The notes below the pieces were generated by a model, which ran no database searches, was not told the DNA's origin, and was given only the letters and a program-made list of their open reading frames with translations. Below are positions 17,031 through 25,761 of a stretch of 47,981 bases of DNA, one piece after another; within the stretch, counting starts at the first letter, position 1; each line of letters starts with the position of its first letter. The stretch comes from a virus. Lineage: Duplodnaviria; Heunggongvirae; Uroviricota; Caudoviricetes. A program made the position numbers and the translations under genes. The stretch lies in the IMG/VR virus record IMGVR_UViG_3300022468_000772, positions 150,224-198,204 of that record, one strand, 5' to 3'.

Positions 17031-17412
17031 ACACGATTTCAACTTTTCCGCAGAACTTGTTAATAAAATTTGTGACTACCTTAAATCGACGCAGCACCCA
17101 TAGTGGGCCATAGTATACACCAATATCAAGGTACATATTCAAAATGATAGAAAAATAGATAAGGTAAACAAAGAACAAAAAGATGATAATCGGCGGTTGT
17201 GCAATGGGTGTTGTATACAAACTATAAAAAATGTAAGCCAACCCAAAATCAAGAATCAATGGTAGTACCCAACTAACAATCACCTTATCAAAGATACCGC
17301 AAATAGCACCACTAAAAATGTAAGCAATGTAATTACAAACTGTTGGATAGGGCATTTGCATACCGCCATACTGAGCAAGTTTGAAGTGCCAAGATTTTGA
17401 AGAGACTTTCAT
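17017..17412 (-). CDS. membrane protein (SWHxxLA family)
   Basis: SWHFKLAQYG...VCNYI then 2-3 hydrophobic segments. Confidence 0.7.
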   Translation of the reverse strand: MKVSSKSWHFKLAQYGGMQMPYPTVCNYIAYIFSGAICGIFDKVIVSWVLPLILDFGLAYIFYSLYTTPIAQPPIIIFLFFVYLIYFSIILNMYLDIGVYYGPLWVLRRFKVVTNFINKFCGKVEIVYEKE

Positions 17413-17424
17413 AGTTTGAATTCC

Positions 17425-17961
17425 TTAGTAAGTTACTGTTTGATGTGTGTATTGTAGCACAGTTCGGCACTCTCCGCAGCATCGAATCTGACCTTGTTGC
17501 GAAATTCTTTTATGAATCAAAGCAGAAAATTTATATGGCATGCAACCATGAATACATTCATAGACATAAAGCGTTTGTGGCTTCTTTTCCACAACGGAAG
17601 AAATATCATAGTTATGGTGGGTTTTGCCAGCTTCTGGAAAGCCTAGTTTCTTGCAGACCTCACGAAACTCTTTACCGTGTGCTTGTTTTGCATCAGGATA
17701 AAACTGTTTGGTCAAAAGGTGTGCTACTTCGTGTGGTATTGTGGTTGCCAAAAAGTCTTCAAAATTCTCTGCGAGAAGAGTTTCATTCAACTCGATATGA
17801 CGATCATCTGAATAGGCATAACCTGCAACGGCACCCAAATCATTGCGATAGTAGATATAGCAAGAAAAATTATAGCCCGGAAAAAACTTGTTGAAACATT
17901 CGCGTACACGAGCATCTACAATTTTTTTCTGGGCTTCTGTGATGGTTTTGAGTTTTAGCAT
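17425..17961 (-). CDS. SprT-like zinc metalloprotease
   Basis: AGYA, IELN, TIPHEVAH (HExxH), HGKEF, C-terminal C..C zinc ribbon. Confidence 0.88.
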   Translation of the reverse strand: MLKLKTITEAQKKIVDARVRECFNKFFPGYNFSCYIYYRNDLGAVAGYAYSDDRHIELNETLLAENFEDFLATTIPHEVAHLLTKQFYPDAKQAHGKEFREVCKKLGFPEAGKTHHNYDISSVVEKKPQTLYVYECIHGCMPYKFSALIHKRISQQGQIRCCGECRTVLQYTHQTVTY

Positions 17962-17986
17962 CTAAGTCTTCCGTGTTGATAATTCA

Positions 17987-17995
17987 ATTATAACA
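17987..17995 (-). promoter_or_regulatory. extended -10 early-type promoter inside a 28-bp inverted repeat
   Basis: TGTTATAAT within CCGTGTT-ATAATT-G-AATTAT-C-AACACGG. Confidence 0.7.
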
Positions 17996-18008
17996 CGGAG
18001 AACTGGAT

Positions 18009-18482
18009 TTACTCAACTGATTTTAGTCGGTAGCAAGTTTTTTCTTTAAATTTGCGATAAGCCAACTTCATAAAACTTGGTGTCTCTGGAATCACCTTTG
18101 CTACACCCGATGCCTGCGTTACTTTTTGAATGCCGTAGAACACCTTTCGATGGGTGTTGGATTCGAAGAACCAAAAAACCCCAATTATCGAAATAATTAC
18201 AAGTTCGAGAAGAATAAACACCAAGTATTCATCAAATGGCAAATGAACTCCAATTTCAAGAATTGATGCAGCAATGTAGATGACTGGTACTAAAATAAAA
18301 GCAAAGGAGGCCATAATACCAACGATGGTGATCAAGAGTGTGATCAGTAGACCAACAATCACACTACGAATGTATGAACAAAGATTGGCGTCACCATACT
18401 CCAGTTCGTATTTGCTTTGTGGCCCATATGTCGTAGCCAAGCGATAGTGCCAAGAATTCACGTTTACAGTTTCAGTTTTCAT
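18009..18482 (-). CDS. membrane protein (SWHxxLA family)
   Basis: NSWHYRLATTYG...LCSYI then hydrophobic helices. Confidence 0.75.
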   Translation of the reverse strand: MKTETVNVNSWHYRLATTYGPQSKYELEYGDANLCSYIRSVIVGLLITLLITIVGIMASFAFILVPVIYIAASILEIGVHLPFDEYLVFILLELVIISIIGVFWFFESNTHRKVFYGIQKVTQASGVAKVIPETPSFMKLAYRKFKEKTCYRLKSVE

Positions 18483-18485
18483 AGT

Positions 18486-18653
18486 TTATTCACCCCAACA
18501 AGAAATTTCATTATCAACAGCTTCAGATGGAGAATCATCTGTACCAAAAGATTCTATATAAGAATCAGCAATCATCCACGCAACGTCCCATGAAACCATT
18601 GCGGTGAACATCATTATAACTGCAAAACGCAGTTTCCACCAAAAAATTTTCAC
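18486..18653 (-). CDS. small membrane/exported protein (55 aa, not in ORF track)
   Basis: GTG start in a GTGA overlap; MKIFWWKLRFAVIMMFTAMVSWDVAWMIAD... Confidence 0.55.
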   Translation of the reverse strand: MKIFWWKLRFAVIMMFTAMVSWDVAWMIADSYIESFGTDDSPSEAVDNEISCWGE

Positions 18654-18838
18654 TTGATATACCTCGCATATTCTGCAGGATCGTAATCCAAGTCTTCGTC
18701 GTCATACTCACTCAGCAACCCTTCTTTTTCTTTCGGGGTTCGGATACCGACACGCTGATGTTCTGTTTTACGCTTCTTTGCAATGTGGTGTGCATTTTCG
18801 TGTTCAGCATCCAGATTGTTACGCAGTTGTTTCGTCAT
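18650..18838 (-). CDS. hypothetical protein
   Basis: 62 aa, basic N-half and acidic C-half. Confidence 0.65.
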   Translation of the reverse strand: MTKQLRNNLDAEHENAHHIAKKRKTEHQRVGIRTPKEKEGLLSEYDDEDLDYDPAEYARYIK

Positions 18839-19382
18839 GATTCTCTAAAATAGGTTTATATTTTGCAACAGGAATAAAATCCCTGTACTTGATCAGATTC
18901 AGAATCTTTGTGTGAGAGTACGAAAACTTTGGGTCTTTGTACGCATCATGCAACTCTCCAGAATCGAACAAACGTAGTATAACATATTCTGGGCTGATTT
19001 TACCACCGAAGCAGCGATTCAACACAGAAACAACAGAATGATTACCGTAGCAACTTTCTGTTGATATGTCAGACTTGATAATCCGCTCCAAAGATTCCCT
19101 ACGACTTTTCATCTTGTAGAAAGACTCTTTTACGGATTCTCTGTTCTCATATCGAACATCCTTGTTGTCAAGGATGTTCCCCAAAACGCAGTACACTAAA
19201 TCTTGGGTCTTTGGGAACTTATCAGCAAGCCAGTCATACACATACTTATTCCCCTGTGGAAGTTTGGTAAATGCATCTTTGGTTCGCTGGCTTGTTGTCC
19301 CATATTTTAACATGGAATAATCCAAACTTTTCATATGGAGTGTGATTCCTTGAACCAATCCAAATGCGCTAACAGGTGTCAT
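18819..19382 (-). CDS. gp59: gp59-like helicase loader
   Basis: LHMKSLDYSMLKYG N-terminal pattern; position next to gp33 as in the T4 59-33-rnh cluster. Confidence 0.65.
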   Translation of the reverse strand: MTPVSAFGLVQGITLHMKSLDYSMLKYGTTSQRTKDAFTKLPQGNKYVYDWLADKFPKTQDLVYCVLGNILDNKDVRYENRESVKESFYKMKSRRESLERIIKSDISTESCYGNHSVVSVLNRCFGGKISPEYVILRLFDSGELHDAYKDPKFSYSHTKILNLIKYRDFIPVAKYKPILENHDETTA

Positions 19383-19639
19383 TACAGACCTTCGATAGAC
19401 GGTACTTTATCGATCAATCCAGCATCACGTGCGCTTTGCTTAACCTTTTCCAGAATCGTAGGTGTCATCAGTTTAATAACATCTTCATACTCTTGATTAT
19501 TGTCTTCACAGAAAGCAATCACAGCCTGAAAATGATCAATACCCTCTTCCAGTACGATCTTCTCGATTGATTTGGCAAACGATTCTTTTGTTAAGAATGG
19601 CAGCGTTTCTTCATCAAAGATTAGATTTTCAACTTCCAT
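19382..19639 (-). CDS. gp33: late promoter transcription co-activator
   Basis: F(A)KSIEKIV...DHFQAVIAFCEDN..EYEDV.KL....LEKVK..A...GLI. Confidence 0.88.
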   Translation of the reverse strand: MEVENLIFDEETLPFLTKESFAKSIEKIVLEEGIDHFQAVIAFCEDNNQEYEDVIKLMTPTILEKVKQSARDAGLIDKVPSIEGL

Positions 19640-19832
19640 ATGAGAGTGCTTCCTTACGTACTTTGATAATGCGATTCATAGAACTAATGGCATAGCAGAA
19701 ATTTTCTTCAAAGATTTTTTCATCTGTGTCGATAATAACACTAACAGGCTCATGAAGGGGCATCAGGGTAGCCTTACGTGTGGTCAGTTGATCACGTTGT
19801 GCTGTTGTCAGAGAGGTGTTTACATGCATCAT
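19629..19832 (-). CDS. hypothetical protein
   Basis: 67 aa in core cluster. Confidence 0.55.
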   Translation of the reverse strand: MMHVNTSLTTAQRDQLTTRKATLMPLHEPVSVIIDTDEKIFEENFCYAISSMNRIIKVRKEALSYGS

Positions 19833-20251
19833 TTTCCAGTTTCCTTGTAGTAGCAGTAGATAGCTTTTTGCTTACGGGTTTCTTCGAGTTTAATTTTCAA
19901 CTCTTTGAAGATTGTCCAACCAATGGCATCCTTTTCATGCATGGGGAATTTGGATGCCAAAGATGGAACTGTCAGCAGTCGATCCAGAACAAACAAATAG
20001 GCGTTTTCAATTTCAACGTAATCATCAAAATCTAGTTTTTCCAGCTTGCTTGCAATGTGTCGAACATTATATGTCCAGTCATCATGCTTGTTTGTATATT
20101 CCCAACGATAAATTGGATCGACCTTCAGAAGGCTTTCTTCATCCAGCAATTCCTTATATGTTTTGTACAGGATGACAACTAGGTCTGAACTTGACTCACA
20201 ACCTAGTTGCTCCACTTTATCTTTAACTAGCTGTGATTCGGTCATCGGCAA
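19829..20251 (-). CDS. hypothetical protein
   Basis: 140 aa, coupled to neighbours. Confidence 0.65.
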   Translation of the reverse strand: MPMTESQLVKDKVEQLGCESSSDLVVILYKTYKELLDEESLLKVDPIYRWEYTNKHDDWTYNVRHIASKLEKLDFDDYVEIENAYLFVLDRLLTVPSLASKFPMHEKDAIGWTIFKELKIKLEETRKQKAIYCYYKETGK

Positions 20252-20657
20252 TATTCAATGCTTGGCAAATAAATTCGTGGGTCAGTGTCGGGAAGACTTC
20301 GGCAAAATTCTTGTTCAGTGCTGCAGTCAGAATCTTGGATTCACCAACATAAAGCATTTCCATGAGTGCCTTATATTGTTTGTGCTTCAGATTTTGTGAG
20401 GTCTTCGGTGTCAAGAAAACACTGGTGAAAATATTTGAAGATGGTCGGCTCAACAAATATGCGCCAGCTTGCCAGCGATCTTCGTTAGGCTGTCCGAGTT
20501 TGATATCCGCAGTTTCAAAATTAATAAAAGTATCATTCACTGCCTGCTCAATATAGATACGAGCATAATGCTGTTTTTTAATAATCTCAGCTAGATCGTT
20601 GACGGTTTTAACTTCAGCAAGAAGCTCGTCAAACATAGGGTTGTGTGTTGTAATCAT
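20223..20657 (-). CDS. conserved T4-like hypothetical protein (DUF6433-like)
   Basis: C-terminal KQYKALMEMLYVGESKIL pattern; position just after rnh. Confidence 0.6.
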   Translation of the reverse strand: MITTHNPMFDELLAEVKTVNDLAEIIKKQHYARIYIEQAVNDTFINFETADIKLGQPNEDRWQAGAYLLSRPSSNIFTSVFLTPKTSQNLKHKQYKALMEMLYVGESKILTAALNKNFAEVFPTLTHEFICQALNIADDRITAS

Positions 20658-21598
20658 AGGTAAAAGTCAGTAATGTTTCCGAGTAAGTTTGCCATTCTGT
20701 TGTTAGTGAAATACCCCATCAAAGCCATTTTGGATGCCTTCTTTGCGGCCTGTGTATTGTATACCGAAATAATGTCGCTTTTTAGAGATTCGGGGATATA
20801 TTCGTAGTCAACTAATGTTCTATTACGAATAAGGTTTTTCCGCTCTTCATCATTCTCACATGCTTCCAATAAATCCTTGACTGCATAAAATGCATCAAGT
20901 CGCTCTTGTTTAATGGGCTTCTGACGAACACCCTCAAGCAAGAATATATCATCAGCAGAACGAATATTTGGAATACTATCGGAACTGGCACCAGATTCAC
21001 CCTTGATAATCTTTTCAATCAGTGCTTGACGATAGTTATCAGGCTTGATGAATTTCTTATCACGTGGAGAATATTGGTACACATTCTTGTGTTTGTGTAA
21101 CTGAAAGTTATCGCGGTCAGAAGACAGAATCAGAATATCTTCAGGTTCTGTGTTTCCGAACATATCCTCTTCACCCATAAACCTAGGATCAGTTGCAGCC
21201 AGTTCGGTCAGAACAGCGATAATATCATCACCTTCTGCCTTTGCCACACGAATAACAGGGAATGGGAAGTATTTTTCAAGGTCGTTGATTGTTTCATCTA
21301 CGATTTCCATTACCCAAGGCCAGTCGATACCAGAGGTATCCAGTTTCTTTGCTGCTCGACGTTGACACTTGTAGTTTTCAAAAAAGTCGCGCCTCCAGTA
21401 TCCTTGTTTCGAATCTGTGGCGATAACCATTTGTCCGAACCTGCGTTTGTGCATAACAAAGTTAGCACGTACAGAATTCAACATAAAGTGCTTGATGAAG
21501 CCTTTATTTTCGTCAGATGGGTTTTTGGCAATGTCTTGCGCGGATGAATCCACATGGATCGCAGCAAGTGCGATCTGGGAAAAGTCTGTAATGATGAT
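20654..21598 (-). CDS. rnh: RNase H / 5'-3' exonuclease (T4 rnh, FEN family); probable non-canonical AUC start
   Basis: DFSQIALA (upstream of the ORF-track start), AEGDDIIA, SSDRDNFQL, KIIKGESGASSDSIPNI. Confidence 0.9.
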   Translation of the reverse strand: MIITDFSQIALAAIHVDSSAQDIAKNPSDENKGFIKHFMLNSVRANFVMHKRRFGQMVIATDSKQGYWRRDFFENYKCQRRAAKKLDTSGIDWPWVMEIVDETINDLEKYFPFPVIRVAKAEGDDIIAVLTELAATDPRFMGEEDMFGNTEPEDILILSSDRDNFQLHKHKNVYQYSPRDKKFIKPDNYRQALIEKIIKGESGASSDSIPNIRSADDIFLLEGVRQKPIKQERLDAFYAVKDLLEACENDEERKNLIRNRTLVDYEYIPESLKSDIISVYNTQAAKKASKMALMGYFTNNRMANLLGNITDFYL

Positions 21599-21609
21599 GG
21601 TAATTTCTC

Positions 21610-21822
21610 CTAAGCGGGTTGTGGCTCGATACTTTCGAAGATGGCGGCACCGTATTTACGGTAGTCTTCGACAAGTGCTTTATTGGCACTTTCGCTTTCG
21701 AGTTCGCTAAAGGCAAACTGTAGTATACCATCATTATTTTTACCAATGTATCGCTTCATGGTAATTTCATCACCTTGTTGCGAAATAACAACAAATTTAT
21801 TGTTCAGATTCATAGATTCCAT
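21610..21822 (-). CDS. hypothetical protein
   Basis: 70 aa between gp46 and rnh. Confidence 0.6.
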   Translation of the reverse strand: MESMNLNNKFVVISQQGDEITMKRYIGKNNDGILQFAFSELESESANKALVEDYRKYGAAIFESIEPQPA

Positions 21823-21830
21823 TATGTTGT

Positions 21831-23558
21831 TTAGTTTAAGACCAATTCATCTACTTGCGTGAAATCTCCACGCTTGTAGACGTTATATCTGACATTTGAA
21901 ATATCTTCAAACATTTCGGTATTTCTATGTGAAATAATGAAGAGGTTTGTTTGGTCGAATTCTGGTGATAACAGAATATCGACAATCATACCAACACCAG
22001 CACCATCTACAGCAGCATCTAACACTTCATCCGCACAAAGCAGATTACATGAGAAACTGTTACGCATCACCGACAATCGGCGCATAGTAAACATGATAGC
22101 CAAATCCAGTCTCGCCTTTTCACCCGCACTAAAAGAGTTGTAAGTGAAGTTATCGCGGTGTCTAGATTTAACCGATTCGTTAAACTGCGCATCCAGTTCA
22201 AACTTAACAAACAATTCCATTTTGTCAAGATATTCGTTGATCAGTTCGTTGATCACCGGAATGTACTGGTCTACGATCTTGGATTTGATACCTGTGTCTT
22301 TGAAAAGTTCAGTCAGAAGCGTATTGTACTCTTGTTCTACACGCAACGTAGCCAGTTCGTTGATACGAATTCTTCCCTCTGTCACCAGTTCGGCAAGTTT
22401 AGCCTTTTCATCATCAGAATTGGTAGCTGTCTCTTTGATTTCTTTGATCTTTCGCATCAACGACTTCGCTGTCATTTCCTTAGAAGAAATGATCTGGTTT
22501 TCCCTCGAAACCTCCAGTACGTAAGCATTTTTAGCTTCGGTTGCCTCGTTTTCTTTTTCCACAACGTCAGAGTATTGCTGCAGTTCTTTTGCAATCGCTT
22601 TTAGCTCCGTCATGTAGCTTGTATGTTCACACGTGTGAGTGTCCACAATACCTGCTACGTTGTTAGGGTCAATAGGCTGAGTGCATGTTGGACACACATC
22701 AGACTTGGTAAAGAAGTCAAGCGTTTTGGCTACAGACTCAACCTTTGTTTTAAGCTGCAAACCCTTACTCTTCAATTCATCCCTAGAACGGCGTTTAGCG
22801 CGCAATTCACTCAAGGTAGCGTCGAATGTACCAGACTGCTCTTGAAGTGTCTCCAAACGCGCTCTGGCAGCTTCCAATTCGATTTCTGTTTCCTTCAGTT
22901 CCTGCTCAAGTGATTCTGTGGAGTTGTTGTTCATCAGGTCGATCTTCTCGATAGCTGATTTCAACACTTCACCCTTGGCTTTGATACTGGCGACTTCACG
23001 CTCTGCTACAGCAATGCTTTCTTTGTTTTTCTTGACGGTTGACTTCACCAAACCATCCACGATAGAGAACACTTTGATATCCAAAATGTCTTCCACGAAT
23101 GCCCTACGCTCACTGGCTGTTAAGGCCATGAATGGCTTGTAGTTTTCAACAGAAAGAATACTGGTCTGCAAGAATGTGCGATAGGTGCAGTGCAGGATTT
23201 CATTCTCCAGATAGTCTTGATAGTCGCCAATCAAAGTCTGATCCAGTAACACTCCGTCTTCGAACACTTCGAAGACGTTAGGCTTGATACCACGGCGAAT
23301 CAGGTATTGCTTTCCAGCAGAAGCCAGTTCGATTTCTACCACACAGTTTTTGTTGTTGATAGAGTTGATAATCAAGGGCTTGTTGATCTGCTTGATGGTC
23401 TTACCAAAAAGGCCAAAGCAGATCATGTTGATCATGGTACTTTTACCTTGTCCGTTGACTCCGCTAATCAGGCTTCGGCGGTATTTTTCGATATCGATTT
23501 CCAAGAAATCATTTCCGATTGAAAAAAAATTCTTGGCACGTGCTTTTTTGATGATCAT
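21831..23558 (-). CDS. gp46: recombination endonuclease ATPase subunit (Rad50/SbcC-like)
   Basis: KNFFSIGN, Walker A GVNGQGKST, CPTC zinc hook, FSAGEKAR signature, DEVLD, IISH. Confidence 0.96.
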   Translation of the reverse strand: MIIKKARAKNFFSIGNDFLEIDIEKYRRSLISGVNGQGKSTMINMICFGLFGKTIKQINKPLIINSINNKNCVVEIELASAGKQYLIRRGIKPNVFEVFEDGVLLDQTLIGDYQDYLENEILHCTYRTFLQTSILSVENYKPFMALTASERRAFVEDILDIKVFSIVDGLVKSTVKKNKESIAVAEREVASIKAKGEVLKSAIEKIDLMNNNSTESLEQELKETEIELEAARARLETLQEQSGTFDATLSELRAKRRSRDELKSKGLQLKTKVESVAKTLDFFTKSDVCPTCTQPIDPNNVAGIVDTHTCEHTSYMTELKAIAKELQQYSDVVEKENEATEAKNAYVLEVSRENQIISSKEMTAKSLMRKIKEIKETATNSDDEKAKLAELVTEGRIRINELATLRVEQEYNTLLTELFKDTGIKSKIVDQYIPVINELINEYLDKMELFVKFELDAQFNESVKSRHRDNFTYNSFSAGEKARLDLAIMFTMRRLSVMRNSFSCNLLCADEVLDAAVDGAGVGMIVDILLSPEFDQTNLFIISHRNTEMFEDISNVRYNVYKRGDFTQVDELVLN

Positions 23559-24610
23559 AGTGTGTTTGAGATTGCTGCAGCCTCTTGCATCAAGGCCATA
23601 ATTTTGTTTTTGATGATAGATTTATCCAACTTGGTGTCAAGCTCTTCAACCACGTTTTCAATGATAGACATCGTGGATACAGCGTTAACTTGCTTGCCCA
23701 CAGCGTTCGACACTGCAGCAACATAGGATGACTCAATAACCTTCACATCATGTGGCGAAGATTCGTTGATTGTAGCAAGAAATTTATCAAACTTTTTCTG
23801 GTCATCCTTTTTCACTACGATGATTTTGACAAAGTGGTCTTTGACGCTATCGAAATCAAACTTCATGCCTTCAACGTAGTCGATTCGTTTGAAGATGGTG
23901 TACGGATTGCGCACAAACTCGTAATCAAGTGTCTCAGTGTCCAAGACCCAGAATCCCTTTGGATCGTCGCAGTCAACCCATGTTAGTTCATAGGGTGTTC
24001 CGGTGTATTGTACGTTGTCTTTCTTGGATTGGGTGTGGTAGTGACCACTGAAGACGGTTTTGTAGATGGAAAACTGTTTGTGATCCATGCCGCTCTCGGC
24101 TTCGTTGCCCGGGCTAAGTGGAAACAGCGCAAACTCAAAGTGACCAACTGCAATCTTCGATTTGGTATTCTTTGCATACGCAAGACATTCTTCCCTATTG
24201 CTCTGGTTAATCCATGGGTAGAAGTCAATATCCAAACCATCAATATTGATGGTTTTCACAGTTGAATCAATAATGTTAGCTTTTGTGTTTTTCAACAGTA
24301 ATCTAACGGAATTGATTTTATTAGTGTTTGTAAACAGGCTGTCATGGTTACCCGATAAGACATGAAGCACGTAACCGTTTTTCGGGTCAAAAACCTTATC
24401 GAAAAAATATTTGTTGGCTCGGTACAAGGTATTGAAATGAACCTCGCGCCGGTAATCAAATAAGTCACCAGTTTGTACGATATGTTCGATACTGTTAGAT
24501 TCAAAGTAGTCAAACATAAAATTGAATGACTTTTCAAAGTAGTCATGAAACTTGTCACTTGAACGGGTTGCTCCAAAATGGGTATCCCCGATTATTGCAA
24601 TTTTACTCAT
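23555..24610 (-). CDS. gp47: recombination endonuclease nuclease subunit (Mre11/SbcD-like)
   Basis: GDTHFG, GDLFD, GNHD, GHFE, SGHYH, GTPYELTWVD. Confidence 0.96.
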   Translation of the reverse strand: MSKIAIIGDTHFGATRSSDKFHDYFEKSFNFMFDYFESNSIEHIVQTGDLFDYRREVHFNTLYRANKYFFDKVFDPKNGYVLHVLSGNHDSLFTNTNKINSVRLLLKNTKANIIDSTVKTINIDGLDIDFYPWINQSNREECLAYAKNTKSKIAVGHFEFALFPLSPGNEAESGMDHKQFSIYKTVFSGHYHTQSKKDNVQYTGTPYELTWVDCDDPKGFWVLDTETLDYEFVRNPYTIFKRIDYVEGMKFDFDSVKDHFVKIIVVKKDDQKKFDKFLATINESSPHDVKVIESSYVAAVSNAVGKQVNAVSTMSIIENVVEELDTKLDKSIIKNKIMALMQEAAAISNTL

Positions 24611-25203
24611 AGGTCAAAAATATCCGTTTCAATATTCTTTTTAGGTACTTTAAGAACCTGTGCTTTTGCAACTGGATATGCAGTTTTATTACGATGTACC
24701 AGTGAGGGGTGAATCTTCTTTTTCTTTTCTTCGTAGTAGTCAGTCAGTGCATCATTTTCCTTGAGAAATTCTACAAATGCATTGCTAGTATCAGAATCAT
24801 CAATAGAATTAGCATGCTGCACAAATTCATGAGACATTTTTTCTCGAACTATTTTAGCCTTCACAGATGTTTGATGATTTTCTTTTTTGATTCTTTCAAC
24901 AGCACTATTCCATGCAATCTGACTAAAAAATGCAAATGGGTTGTCTGATTTTTCTTGATCAAAATTATGTGCCTTTGTAATGCACTTGACGATGGCATCC
25001 GAAATCATTTCATCACGATAGGTATAACCCACAAAATTGTAGTTGTTCATGAGATTGGTTGATATACGGAAAATAGCAGAGCCAATATCATGAGGTACAG
25101 ATGGTAACTCTGTACCTTTTTCTTTGGCATCCTTATATGCAGCAGAATATGCGGTGCATGCTACAAGTAGTTCTTTATTGGATACATAATGGTTTTTTGA
25201 CAT
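24607..25203 (-). CDS. gp55: late transcription sigma factor
   Basis: HYVSNKELL, NFVGYTYRDEMISDAI, NFDQEKSDNPFAFFSQIAWNS. Confidence 0.95.
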   Translation of the reverse strand: MSKNHYVSNKELLVACTAYSAAYKDAKEKGTELPSVPHDIGSAIFRISTNLMNNYNFVGYTYRDEMISDAIVKCITKAHNFDQEKSDNPFAFFSQIAWNSAVERIKKENHQTSVKAKIVREKMSHEFVQHANSIDDSDTSNAFVEFLKENDALTDYYEEKKKKIHPSLVHRNKTAYPVAKAQVLKVPKKNIETDIFDL

Positions 25204-25242
25204 ATGGATTGTATAGCCCTTTAATAGTTAGTTTCAATCACT

Positions 25243-25270
25243 ATTCTATAACTGATCACTGATTTGTCAA
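25243..25270 (-). promoter_or_regulatory. sigma70-type promoter for the gp55-gp47-gp46 operon
   Basis: TTGACA-N16-TAGAAT about 40 bp upstream of gp55. Confidence 0.75.
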
Positions 25271-25291
25271 CAAATCCATATATTCAGGCAA

Positions 25292-25756
25292 GCCGCAACC
25301 CGTAGGATGATAAAACAAAAGAATCAAAAACAACGGGGTTGCGGTTCTATGTGTTATCTATCCTACTTCGAAGAGATATTATTCTCTAGCTCTTGCTACT
25401 TTCCGTGTCTCCATAAATAGAGTCGTACTGATAACGCATTCCTATTTTCCTTATCGACCGAGTTTTCATCCCATATGTTGTGATGGGCACAGACTCCGTA
25501 AATCTATTCGTGTTCGATAGATTCAACTGTGTTGGGTATCATCCTTTTCAGGTGGTCGTTTACCAATCCATATGGAAGACATGGATTGCCTGCGGGTTGC
25601 GAGTTTACAGGGAATGAAGATTCTATATTCGGATGGGTGCTAACAATGCACCGTTTTTTAACGCCAACGTTTAGTCTTCGAACTTAAACGGCGACCCCTA
25701 CTTTTGACACGTGCCTAGGATTGGGCAAATTTGCTGATAAGTGTCACCAATCAGCC
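25292..25756 (-). ncRNA. candidate large structured non-coding RNA (unassigned family)
   Basis: No ORF; upstream TTGACA-N16-TAATAT; at least 9 hairpins including a GAAA tetraloop and nested long-range pairings. Confidence 0.5.
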
Positions 25757-25761
25757 ATGAA

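Noticed and set aside
25670-25683. GTTCGAAGACTAAA on the minus strand resembles the group I intron R element
   Set aside because: No matching S element (AUAGUC) downstream and no interrupted gene on either side
25733-25756. 5' GGCTGATT resembles the tmRNA 5' end
   Set aside because: No TPsiC arm or CCA 3' end and no tag reading frame recognisable
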